DNA of 52,669 nucleotides from Candidatus Adlerbacteria bacterium (GTDB lineage: Bacteria > Patescibacteriota > Minisyncoccia > Phycocordibacterales > SBAW01), in the NCBI GenBank assembly GCA_963749085.1, contig CAVVLG010000004.1, positions 1 through 52,669 of the forward strand, read 5' to 3'. Of the stretch, positions 25,778 to 34,219 are shown in pieces. The notes beneath the pieces were generated by a model that was not told the origin of the DNA, made no database searches, and saw only the letters and a list, made by a program, of their open reading frames with translations. Each line of letters begins with the position of its first letter. The first letter of the stretch is position 1. A program made the translations under genes and the position numbers.

Positions 25778-26770
25778 TTAGTAATAATCCTCGATGGTCA
25801 CGGTGTAATTGAGATTGTCGGTGTTTGTGTTCAGGTAATACTGCCCGGCGGGCTGGGAATATATGTAGGAGACGTTTTGGGTCGGGCACGATATAGAGTT
25901 CACGAATTGCTGAGTGATGGAATTATCAGTCGAGTCGATGTAGCCGCCGAAGTAACCTGTGTTTTGCATGGACGGTTCGCTGAGTGTGCAGGTATAGCTC
26001 ACGCGCCACTGCGTTCCTTGCAAGGAGAACGGCTGGGTCGATGCGGAAGCCGTGTCGCTGTAGGTGAAGGCGGTGTGCCACGAAGCCGGAGGCGCGGGGG
26101 CCGGAGTGACGACGGTACCCGATGAATTTATTACCGCGCCGTTGGGCGTGGTGTAGGTGGTCTGCGTGGGAGTCGGCGCAGGGGTAGATGGTTGTGCGGG
26201 AGCCTGAGCGGCTGGCGCAGGCGCGGCTGCGCTTGCTTCCTTTATAGTGCACCCGTACATCAACGGTACGGTAATCTGATATCCCGCTTCGGACGTGTAG
26301 GTCTCCGTGCTTTCCAACACGCCGCTCACTTTCACCACGTCATCGTCGACAGCGGCGGTAGTGCCGTCGTATTGGACCAAGACAATGTCGCCGACATTCC
26401 AGTCGCCATACGCGTCTTTATCAACAGCCAAACGTATCTCTCCTTGGCCGTCCGATTCTTGAATCTGAACTACCTGACCGGTGTAGGTAGTGTTCTGGCC
26501 TTGGAATGATGTCGGATCTTTCTCCAGCTGCAAGTAGTTGACCGCCTGAGCGCTTGATGAGGAGTATCCTTGGCAGGCCGCCGCTATTGGATCGGCGGGA
26601 GTATTGGACGAGGCGGTTGACGGAGGAGAGTTTGAAACGCCATTGTTGTTGCTCCCAATTGCAGACGAGAGCACGAGCACTAAAACGATTCCCCCGGTCC
26701 AAAGGAGAAAGCCCTTGAACCCACCGCTCATCTTCTTTTTTTCCGGAGCACCGTCTGCGTTGTCCATCAT
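25778..26770 (-). CDS. Membrane-anchored / exported protein (paralogue of 14069-15007)
   Basis: 330 aa with the same architecture. It shares the linker TYTTPNGAVINSSGTVVTPAPAPPASWH and a C-terminus ending IEDYY. Confidence 0.8.
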   Translation of the reverse strand: MMDNADGAPEKKKMSGGFKGFLLWTGGIVLVLVLSSAIGSNNNGVSNSPPSTASSNTPADPIAAACQGYSSSSAQAVNYLQLEKDPTSFQGQNTTYTGQVVQIQESDGQGEIRLAVDKDAYGDWNVGDIVLVQYDGTTAAVDDDVVKVSGVLESTETYTSEAGYQITVPLMYGCTIKEASAAAPAPAAQAPAQPSTPAPTPTQTTYTTPNGAVINSSGTVVTPAPAPPASWHTAFTYSDTASASTQPFSLQGTQWRVSYTCTLSEPSMQNTGYFGGYIDSTDNSITQQFVNSISCPTQNVSYIYSQPAGQYYLNTNTDNLNYTVTIEDYY

Positions 26771-26981
26771 AAATAAAAAGTCACCGGATAATGTCCGGCG
26801 AAAGGCTGTATAGCACTGAGCCCTGCGCCAGCTGAGCCTTACGGCTCCATACCAGTTTCCCGATATGACCCAATGACGAGTTGCTGAACGCAGGGTTCAG
26901 TATCGTCATTGGGGTACTACGACCATGCCGCTCAAAGAAGTTGAACGGTTTAGGCTGTTGCCTTCCGGCTATTCAGTTGTC
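26771..26981 (-). promoter_or_regulatory. Structured 5' leader, copy B, ending in a terminator-like hairpin + U-tract
   Basis: The reverse complement shows, in order: GACAACTGAATAG; CCUAAACC-hairpin-GCAUGG; an 11-bp stem CCCAAUGACGA/UCGUCAUUGGG; GGUCAUAUCGGGAAACUGGUAUGG (identical to copy C); GAGCC-GUAA-GGCUC; GGGCUC. It ends with CGCCGGA-CAUUA-UCCGGUG followed by ACUUUUUAUUUAUG (the start codon). Confidence 0.6.
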
Positions 26982-27232
26982 CACCCCATCGTACCTCGAT
27001 TTATAAGTAATGCCACTAGCTTAATCCATGCTACTTTTTGCGCCCGAAATTTAAGACATCCCTGATGGTTCCCTGAAGTCCTTAGATGTAAGTTGATTAG
27101 CGAAGCATATACCCCGCTCCTCTGGGGCGGGGACTCCGCTAAGGAGAGTTTCAGAGAACCGTTGGTTCTCTGATAAAGACTTTGTGTGCGAAGCACTCCT
27201 AACGATACCCCGTGGGCTTGCCCCGGGGAGTT

Positions 27233-27598
27233 TCATTTACCGCCACCTTTGTCATCTAGTATTTCCGCCGCAAGTTTTTCCACCTTTTCGGATACCTCTA
27301 TCTCTTCTTGGAAGTTTATCTGCACGCCCACTTGCACCTGTCCAGTTCTGTCGATTACCTTGCCGTCGTTTCTGTCCCAGAGATATTTTATTAGTTGAAC
27401 GTCCCCGTTGGCGGCCATAGTGAGTGCTTTCTTTACTATGACTTCCGCTATTGGTAACTTCTCTCCTCCGGTAGTGGACACTAGGGTTTCGGCCGCTTCC
27501 TTAAGTGTTGTAGTCCAATGCCGGTGCCCCCGGTTGGCTCCCGTGCGGTTGATACGAGGGTCGCCTTTTACGAATGGTTTTAAGTTCTGTTCGTTCAT
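27233..27598 (-). CDS. Small phage/plasmid-type protein (possibly DUF5681-like)
   Basis: 121 aa. The N-terminal FVKGDPRINRTGANRG resembles the KGxSGNPxGRPKG-type motif of small phage proteins. The assignment is weak. Confidence 0.45.
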   Translation of the reverse strand: MNEQNLKPFVKGDPRINRTGANRGHRHWTTTLKEAAETLVSTTGGEKLPIAEVIVKKALTMAANGDVQLIKYLWDRNDGKVIDRTGQVQVGVQINFQEEIEVSEKVEKLAAEILDDKGGGK

Positions 27599-27813
27599 TG
27601 GTTCTCACTGCTTTCTCACTGCTTTTGAGAATAACTGTTGCTTAATACTTTACCACTGAATTGAGATTCTAGCCAGCCTACAGTATACATTGTGTACTTC
27701 AGCAGAGCCATATTTTACTGACATTCTAGCCCAAATGAGCCCCACATTTGCCCTAAATTGCCCCAACGTCGCGTTTTGGGGCCAAACTGGCTATAGCTCC
27801 CCATTAGGGCATT

Positions 27814-29109
27814 TCAGCTCGGTTTTACGACGACGATCGCGAATCGCTCTGGACGGAAGAACTCTTTGCGGATAGCCTCCACGTCCCGCAAGGATAGGGA
27901 GGTCAGGATCCGGTGTGCATCTGAATAGTGCCGTACAATGCTTCTGACCGGCTTGCCCTCGACGATCTTTTGCCAGATTTGGTCTTCGTACTCATTGAAG
28001 CCAGCATCGTCGAAGCCGACTGTCAGCTGGTCAAGCTTACGCTCTTTCGTTTCTTTGAAGTCACTCTGGCTTGTAAGCGGATTGAGGAGCGACCTGCACA
28101 TAAGCTTCTCAACTTTGGCTATGTGCTTGGGTGATGTTTCAGCGTAGACGACAACATATTTTGCGAGTCCTACGGAAGAGGAGACGTAGCCCCCGCACGT
28201 ATAAGCAAGCCCGCGCTTTTCCCTGACTTCCTTCCACAGCCGAGAGCCGTCGCCCGATGCCAGCAGCTGCATCAAGATGTTGTAAAAGCAGACCTTCGTC
28301 CTCTCCGGCATCGCAAGCGGCAGCTTGAACCCGAGCATGATAAGGGCTTTCTTGCGCCCCGGCTTCTTGATGACAACCCTTTGCTTCCGGGGAAGCTCAG
28401 AGTATTCGTCACTCCAAGTATTAAGCATCACCCTCTTGAACTTCAGAGGTATGCCTTTATTTATCTCCCGTACGAAGGACTTGTGATTAACCTTTCCGAT
28501 GGCTACAGCCACCGTGGCAGACGGGATGTGCCATTTCTTCTTTTCTCTCAGCAGATCTGCACGTGTAACCGACTGCACACCTTTGGTAGTGCCACCGGCT
28601 GGAAGGCGCAAAGGATTGTTCTTCCAAAGCTGTTTGCGGAGCGCCTCATCGGCGACGGCGAAGTCGTTGTCCTTGTTGCGTGCGATCTCAAGAAGAACGG
28701 GTCTCACTTCTTTTCTGAGTTCTTTTGTCGGAAAGATAGAGTTGCAATAAATATCGCAGAATAAGTCGCAGGTTTCTTTCAGTTTCGTGTAGACCGAGAT
28801 TCCATAATAGGTCGTTCCCAATTCGCCAGTCGTTGCATTTGTTCCGAGGATGTTTCTATTTGTGTATGACTGGATATCCTCCGCGCTGCGGCGTTTCGTT
28901 CCCTTGAATGCCAAATGCTCGAAGAAGTGGAACAGCCCAAGTTTGTTCGAGGGATCGTAGGCGGAACCGACACGAGCCACGAGCTCGACATACACCTTCC
29001 GTTTGTTAGGTACCGCTACGGTGATAATCCGCAGGCCGTCTTTTCGTATAGTTTCGTTTATTTTCACAGGGCTTAGACATAGTACCCTAAACGGGAGAAC
29101 AAAGCCCAC
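27814..29109 (-). CDS. M16 (pitrilysin/insulinase) family zinc peptidase
   Basis: 431 aa. Inverted zinc motif HxxEH in LFHFFEHLAFKGT, with a downstream Glu-containing region. Start codon uncertain. Confidence 0.8.
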   Translation of the reverse strand: MGFVLPFRVLCLSPVKINETIRKDGLRIITVAVPNKRKVYVELVARVGSAYDPSNKLGLFHFFEHLAFKGTKRRSAEDIQSYTNRNILGTNATTGELGTTYYGISVYTKLKETCDLFCDIYCNSIFPTKELRKEVRPVLLEIARNKDNDFAVADEALRKQLWKNNPLRLPAGGTTKGVQSVTRADLLREKKKWHIPSATVAVAIGKVNHKSFVREINKGIPLKFKRVMLNTWSDEYSELPRKQRVVIKKPGRKKALIMLGFKLPLAMPERTKVCFYNILMQLLASGDGSRLWKEVREKRGLAYTCGGYVSSSVGLAKYVVVYAETSPKHIAKVEKLMCRSLLNPLTSQSDFKETKERKLDQLTVGFDDAGFNEYEDQIWQKIVEGKPVRSIVRHYSDAHRILTSLSLRDVEAIRKEFFRPERFAIVVVKPS

Positions 29110-29159
29110 AAAGGCGGTTGGTTAGCTGGAAAGGTCGTTATAGGTGCTACAATATTTTT

Positions 29160-30239
29160 ATGAGCAAGGTGGTCCTCAACACTCTATCTGCGGAGAAAAT
29201 CGCAGGCAAGGACTTCAAAGTCGCATCGCCACTCCCTACAATTAACATAGAGAACAGGCGCTACGTCGGGAGCAAGGCTAAGCTCTTGGATTGGATTTTT
29301 GAGAACGTGAAGAAAGAATGCACTGGCAACAGTTTCGCAGATATCTTTGCGGGTACTGGGGTTGTTTCCGCAAGAGCCGCTCGGTTATACAGAAGGATTA
29401 TTTTAAACGACCTACTTCATTCAAATTATGCCGCATATCAGGGGTTTTTCTCTCATGGAAAATATAACCGACCGAAAGTTTATGCCTTGGTTGCTTACTA
29501 CAACTCACTGACACCAAATCAGGCAAGCCACACCTTCTTCTCCCGGCGATACGGAGGTAAGTATTTTACTATGGCGTCGGCAAAATTGATTGGATTCATC
29601 CGTAAGGATCTCAATGATCGACGGCAGGAGTTGAGTGATAAGGAATATTACATACTGCTGACTTCTCTCCTTTATTCGGCGGACAAGATTGCAAACACTG
29701 TTGGGCATTACGATGCATTTTTTACCAAAAGCGTTGCTGATAAGAAATTCAGCTTCCGCCTTATAGAGCCGCTCATCAGGGCAGGGAGCATTTCAATTCA
29801 TCGCGAGGATGCGAATACACTCGCCCGCAGAATGACCGCTGATATCGTCTATATAGACCCACCTTATAACTCTCGCCAATACAGCCGCTTCTATCACGTA
29901 CTTGAGACTCTGACCCTTTGGGATAATCCGAAAGTTGAAGGCGTCGCGTTAAAACGTCCAGAAGAGAATATGAGCGACTACTGCCGTAACAAAGCCCCAG
30001 TGGTATTTGAAGATTTGATACGGAAACTAAAGGCAAAGTATATCGTTGTCTCGTACAACAACACCTACAATTCCAAGAGCAGTTCATCGAGGAACAAAAT
30101 TGAGTTGGAAGCTATACGCCGCATCCTCGACACGAAGGGTAAAACAAAAGTGTTTAAGAAAAGCTACCAGTTTTTTAACGCGGGCAAGACTAGTTTTGAC
30201 AATCACCAAGAGTGGCTCTTTATTACAAGGGCAATATGA
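29160..30239 (+). CDS. Dam-like (D12-class) N6-adenine DNA methyltransferase 1
   Basis: RRYVGSKAKLLDWI...FADIFAGTGVVS (AdoMet motif) and VYIDPPYNSRQY (DPPY). ATG chosen at 29160. Confidence 0.85.
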   Translation: MSKVVLNTLSAEKIAGKDFKVASPLPTINIENRRYVGSKAKLLDWIFENVKKECTGNSFADIFAGTGVVSARAARLYRRIILNDLLHSNYAAYQGFFSHGKYNRPKVYALVAYYNSLTPNQASHTFFSRRYGGKYFTMASAKLIGFIRKDLNDRRQELSDKEYYILLTSLLYSADKIANTVGHYDAFFTKSVADKKFSFRLIEPLIRAGSISIHREDANTLARRMTADIVYIDPPYNSRQYSRFYHVLETLTLWDNPKVEGVALKRPEENMSDYCRNKAPVVFEDLIRKLKAKYIVVSYNNTYNSKSSSSRNKIELEAIRRILDTKGKTKVFKKSYQFFNAGKTSFDNHQEWLFITRAI

Positions 30240-31147
30240 GCCCAGAAGCCCCCCTGAAACGCTCGCCATTCTTTTACGTTGGCGACAAGTATAAACTCAT
30301 TGGAAAAATCAGAAGGCATTTTCCAAAGCGTATAAACACCTTCGTCGAGCCGTTTTTGGGCGGTGGTAGCGTCTTTCTGAACGTTGAGGCAAAGCACTAT
30401 ATCCTAAACGACATAGACCAAAATGTCATTTCTCTGCATAGGTTTTTGACGGGACAAGTGGCGAAGGAAAGGTCGCTCCTCAAACGGGTCAGGACGCTCG
30501 TTGAACACTACGACCTTTCCCGCTCTGTCTTCGAGGATGTCGTACCCGCCACGCTCAAAAGGAAATGGGTCAAAACCTATTACGCCAAGTTCAACCGCAA
30601 AGGGTACGAGTTGCTCAAATCTGATTACAACAAGGGGAAGAAAAAAGACTCGCTCCACCTCTATCTATTACTTATCTATGGCTTCAACAGAATGCTTCGT
30701 TTCAATAAGCGCGGCGAGTTCAATATTCCGGTCGGCAATGTTGATTTCAATCAAAACGTCTTGAAGGCTTTACGCGATTACTCCTCCGTCGTGAAAGAAA
30801 GGAACATAAAGTTCTATAGCCAAGATTTTAAAAAGTTCATTGGCAATCTAAAACTTAAAAAGGATGATTTTGTGTATGTGGATCCCCCTTACCTCATATC
30901 GGCAAGCGAGTATAACAAACTATGGAGCGAAAAAGAGGATGTGGAACTTATGTGTCTCCTGAACAGGCTCAACACCGCCGGGGTCAAGTTTGCCCTCTCC
31001 AATATCACCGCTTACAATGGCAGAAAAAACGAAAAACTGATAGCTTGGGCGAGGGCCTACAATGTTTACCCCATAGATAGTAACTACATCAGTTATCACG
31101 ACAACACCAAAAAGAGGATTACGGAGGTTCTCATAACCAACTATTGA
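30236..31147 (+). CDS. Dam-like (D12-class) N6-adenine DNA methyltransferase 2
   Basis: FYVGDKYKLIGKI...EPFLGGGSVFL and VYVDPPYLISASEY. ATGA overlap with the upstream methylase stop. Confidence 0.85.
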   Translation: MSPEAPLKRSPFFYVGDKYKLIGKIRRHFPKRINTFVEPFLGGGSVFLNVEAKHYILNDIDQNVISLHRFLTGQVAKERSLLKRVRTLVEHYDLSRSVFEDVVPATLKRKWVKTYYAKFNRKGYELLKSDYNKGKKKDSLHLYLLLIYGFNRMLRFNKRGEFNIPVGNVDFNQNVLKALRDYSSVVKERNIKFYSQDFKKFIGNLKLKKDDFVYVDPPYLISASEYNKLWSEKEDVELMCLLNRLNTAGVKFALSNITAYNGRKNEKLIAWARAYNVYPIDSNYISYHDNTKKRITEVLITNY

Positions 31148-31148
31148 T

Positions 31149-32744
31149 ATGACTGTGAGGCATCGAGCAAAATACAAACCCTTGTTATTTACAACGACGT
31201 TGCGTAACCCGGAGCGTTTGAAGAGACTTCTGCACATTCTTTTGCAATTTGATGGTCAAGTACTATCGAACGATTTAGCTAAAACTATAATGGGGGAGCT
31301 CATGCGTTGGGGACTATACCGACCCACCAGGGGGGTCACTTCATCGATTGAAAAGAAATGGGGCACGAAAAGAATCTCTGAAAGGTCACCAATCGGTGTT
31401 CAGCTACTAGATGATGAGGAAATACAGCATCTATATAAAACGAATCCTCAACAACATAAAGAAGCAGGTTTTGCTAAAGGTTGGCCCTCTCGCTTCGCCA
31501 CGGAATACGATTTGGCAAAGGAATTCGGCTTTGTTTATTATTGGCCGGGAGAGAAAATACTTTTCTCCGAGATCGGCTTGCAACTGACGCAGTCAGTAGA
31601 TATGAGTGTGAGAGAAGGGTACATTTTGTCGGCCGATGTAAAACCAGAACTTGAACAGCAAGCCTTCCTACATGCGCTAGCAAAATATCAACGCAATAAT
31701 CCTTTTGTTCGTGTTCTTAATGAGAACGCACCTCTTATACTATTACTCGAAGTCATTAAAAAACTTAATGCAGATCGAAGCTATAGGGGCGCGGGCATCT
31801 TAAAGCTGGAACTACCACTTGTGATCTATTGGAAGGATGCTGATGCTGAAGCTCTCTATCAACGAATAAAAAAGTTGCGAACCGATTTCGGTTACACTCC
31901 AAGTAAAGAGGTTATATCAGATATTTGTAGAAATGAAATAATGGGCGGCACAGATATTGTTCGAAATCCAAAATCCATAGCAATTGATTACCCAGATGAA
32001 TTCATAAGAAAAATGCGACTAACAGGACTCATTTCTCTGCGTGGCGGTGGGCGGTTTGTAGATATAAACAAGAAAGAGCAAGCAAAGGTGGATTATGTAT
32101 TGGACACCTATGCAAGGTATAAGAAGTACCCAGATGAAAAAAGCTACTTCGCCTATGTTTCAAGAATTGATCCCAAACTGTTATCGAAAGCGGTCGTCCC
32201 CACTAAGATAAGTGAAAAGATAAAGTCAGTAGAGAAGTGGGTAGGGATATATTCTTGGGATTCTATAAAGAAAGAACTAATGATATTGGGAAAAAAGACT
32301 CTCACTAGGGATGAAGTACTTAAGTATCTACCGGCTCCTGTCAGATTGGAATTTTTAACCAGTTTAGCGGTTAAATCTAAATTCTCCACAATGATAGTAG
32401 TGCCCAATTACCCGATAGATGATGAAGGTCTCCCCACAGCTACAGCTGGAGGTGCTAATGATACTGGCGATATTGAATGTAGCGAGAAAGAGGAAGGCGC
32501 ACTTATAGAGGTAACTATGGCGGAGGGCAGGGTCCAGACAGTTATGGAAGTTTGGCCAATCACTCGGCACTTGAAAGAGTTTCAAAAGAAATTTAAGGAA
32601 GCGCGGTGTCTTTTTATCGCGCCCAGCATATTTATAGATTCTCAACGCCAAATAAGTTATGTAATGAGCATAGAAGCTTTAACTATCACCGCCAAAACTG
32701 TCGAGGAATTTATTACTCATCTTGAGAGTAGCCCAACCTTGTAA
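31149..32744 (+). CDS. AlwI / Nt.BstNBI / PleI-family type IIS restriction endonuclease (or nickase)
   Basis: 531 aa. It starts 1 nt after the methylase-2 stop. N-terminal LFTTTLRNPERL. The C-terminal GDIEC...ALIEVTMAEGR...EVWPITRHL...CLFIAPSI matches, from memory, the Nt.BstNBI catalytic region (PDMEI...GEVTTSKG...ESEPVTRHY...CLFIAPEI). Confidence 0.7.
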   Translation: MTVRHRAKYKPLLFTTTLRNPERLKRLLHILLQFDGQVLSNDLAKTIMGELMRWGLYRPTRGVTSSIEKKWGTKRISERSPIGVQLLDDEEIQHLYKTNPQQHKEAGFAKGWPSRFATEYDLAKEFGFVYYWPGEKILFSEIGLQLTQSVDMSVREGYILSADVKPELEQQAFLHALAKYQRNNPFVRVLNENAPLILLLEVIKKLNADRSYRGAGILKLELPLVIYWKDADAEALYQRIKKLRTDFGYTPSKEVISDICRNEIMGGTDIVRNPKSIAIDYPDEFIRKMRLTGLISLRGGGRFVDINKKEQAKVDYVLDTYARYKKYPDEKSYFAYVSRIDPKLLSKAVVPTKISEKIKSVEKWVGIYSWDSIKKELMILGKKTLTRDEVLKYLPAPVRLEFLTSLAVKSKFSTMIVVPNYPIDDEGLPTATAGGANDTGDIECSEKEEGALIEVTMAEGRVQTVMEVWPITRHLKEFQKKFKEARCLFIAPSIFIDSQRQISYVMSIEALTITAKTVEEFITHLESSPTL

Positions 32745-32854
32745 GACGAGTCTACTATTTCGAGAAACCGCCACGCTTATAAAGGAAATTGATGACCCAT
32801 AAGACGATACGAAAAGGCGCTTTACTTCATTGAGTGGCTTACTATACTCCAATC

Positions 32855-32989
32855 ATGGACTACGAAGAGGTTGCCCGGCTCATGGAGGAATACGGGATAG
32901 ACAAAGAGACGGCAGAGAAAGCCCAGGAACTCATTGAAGATCAGGGGTTGGATGAGGATGATGCGATTGAGCTTGCGGATGAGATGTAA
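32855..32989 (+). CDS. Small, highly acidic 44-aa protein (paralogue of 11133-11264)
   Basis: MDYEEVARLMEEYGIDKETAEKAQELIEDQGLDEDDAIELADEM, with 18 of 44 residues D/E. It shares MD.EE, A.E.Q.L and GLD...A.EL positions with the other copy. Confidence 0.4.
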   Translation: MDYEEVARLMEEYGIDKETAEKAQELIEDQGLDEDDAIELADEM

Positions 32990-32995
32990 CCGGAA

Positions 32996-33451
32996 TTACG
33001 AGACATTAAAGTAACCGAATAAAACGAGGGTTATAATACCCGATACAGCACAAACGAGGGCCGCATAATTTGCAATATTTGTCATTTTATACCACCAATT
33101 TTCCACCATTTGTTTATATTCATCCTGTGAGATCTGCGGCATTGCATCTATTTTGCGCAGTAGATAGGACGCAAGAATGTCTGAAAACGCGTATGAGAGT
33201 AGCAAAGATACCAGGCTAATTGAAAGGAGCAACCACGCAAAACCGAGCACATGTCGATGATTGAATGAGCCGCCTTTGTTAATAAAAAGAGTGACTGAAG
33301 CGCCCAAAATTACTCCCACAACAGTCAATAGGATTTTTTCCAATTTCTCCCACTCGCTACCTTTGTGTTGTCGGATATAGTTTAGTAGCTGTACCTTATC
33401 GACGATATTTACCACACGGGAAAGATAGTACACGAGCACAGGCCTGTCCAC
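32996..33451 (-). CDS. Hypothetical membrane protein (about three TM helices)
   Basis: 151-aa ORF with hydrophobic stretches LLTVVGVILGASVTLFI, FAWLLLSISLVSLLLSYAF and AALVCAVSGIITLVLFGYF. Confidence 0.55.
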   Translation of the reverse strand: MDRPVLVYYLSRVVNIVDKVQLLNYIRQHKGSEWEKLEKILLTVVGVILGASVTLFINKGGSFNHRHVLGFAWLLLSISLVSLLLSYAFSDILASYLLRKIDAMPQISQDEYKQMVENWWYKMTNIANYAALVCAVSGIITLVLFGYFNVS

Positions 33452-33517
33452 TATGCCCAGTAATCAGAAATAGGGGACATTGAAACGGGGGAGAGATGTT
33501 TGGTAGCATACGTCCGC

Positions 33518-34189
33518 ATGGCGTACTCCAAGGAACTGGTACAGAAAATGAAAGACTTGATGGAAAAAGAGTCAGGCAAGGAGGTGTCGTTGCTTGAAGC
33601 TGAAGAAGCGGCTGATAATTTAGCAGATTTTGCACAACTACTATTCGAGATATATCAGAAAGAGAAACAGAGAGAAAAGAAGCTGGAGGAAAATCCCAAA
33701 GGATTTCAGCTCGAGGGCAGTTACTCCTGTCAGATTTGTGGGGAAGGTGGCACTCGCAATGGAGGCATCTGGTATGACAAATGGAGCATGAAGTGCATGA
33801 TCTGCCAGGCCGCGGTAGATAGGGGAGAAGTGCCCGGCTGGGTCGCTAAGCACCACGACAGTTGGTACTCAAAATATGACCTTGAATCGCGTTTTAAGAT
33901 CACGACGCCCACACTCAAGCGCTGGATAAAGGAAGGAATTATAAAGCCGAGGACGATTGTCCGAGAGAGTGGACGGGTGCATGTACAGATTTTCCTAGTA
34001 TATGACAACAGAGATTTCCTGCCACCCAAACGACTCACTAAAAGTGAATCGGTCAAAGAAGTGAAGAACGGGGAGACATGGTTTCGCTCCGAGCCGTGGT
34101 ATCGTTTTGTCGATCCGTTTGAGCATCTGAAAGGCTATCGGATTATGGAGTATATGCGAGCGATACCGCCGACTGAGGTAGTTGATTGA
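33518..34189 (+). CDS. Hypothetical zinc-finger + HTH protein
   Basis: CQICGEG...CMICQ cysteine pairs, followed by an HTH-like KITTPTLKRWIKEGIIKP. Start chosen at ATG 33518. Confidence 0.55.
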   Translation: MAYSKELVQKMKDLMEKESGKEVSLLEAEEAADNLADFAQLLFEIYQKEKQREKKLEENPKGFQLEGSYSCQICGEGGTRNGGIWYDKWSMKCMICQAAVDRGEVPGWVAKHHDSWYSKYDLESRFKITTPTLKRWIKEGIIKPRTIVRESGRVHVQIFLVYDNRDFLPPKRLTKSESVKEVKNGETWFRSEPWYRFVDPFEHLKGYRIMEYMRAIPPTEVVD

Positions 34190-34219
34190 AACTTGTATGA
34201 TTTGGTGTATTAATAAGCC

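Noticed and set aside
26982-27232. Three consecutive GC-rich stem-loops (CCCCGC/GCGGGG, CAGAGAAC/GTTCTCTG, CCCCG/CGGGG) between leader B and the 27233-27598 gene. They could be an sRNA or terminators.
   Set aside because: I found no U-tracts after the hairpins, no match to any RNA family I recognise, and no second copy in the window. Noted only.
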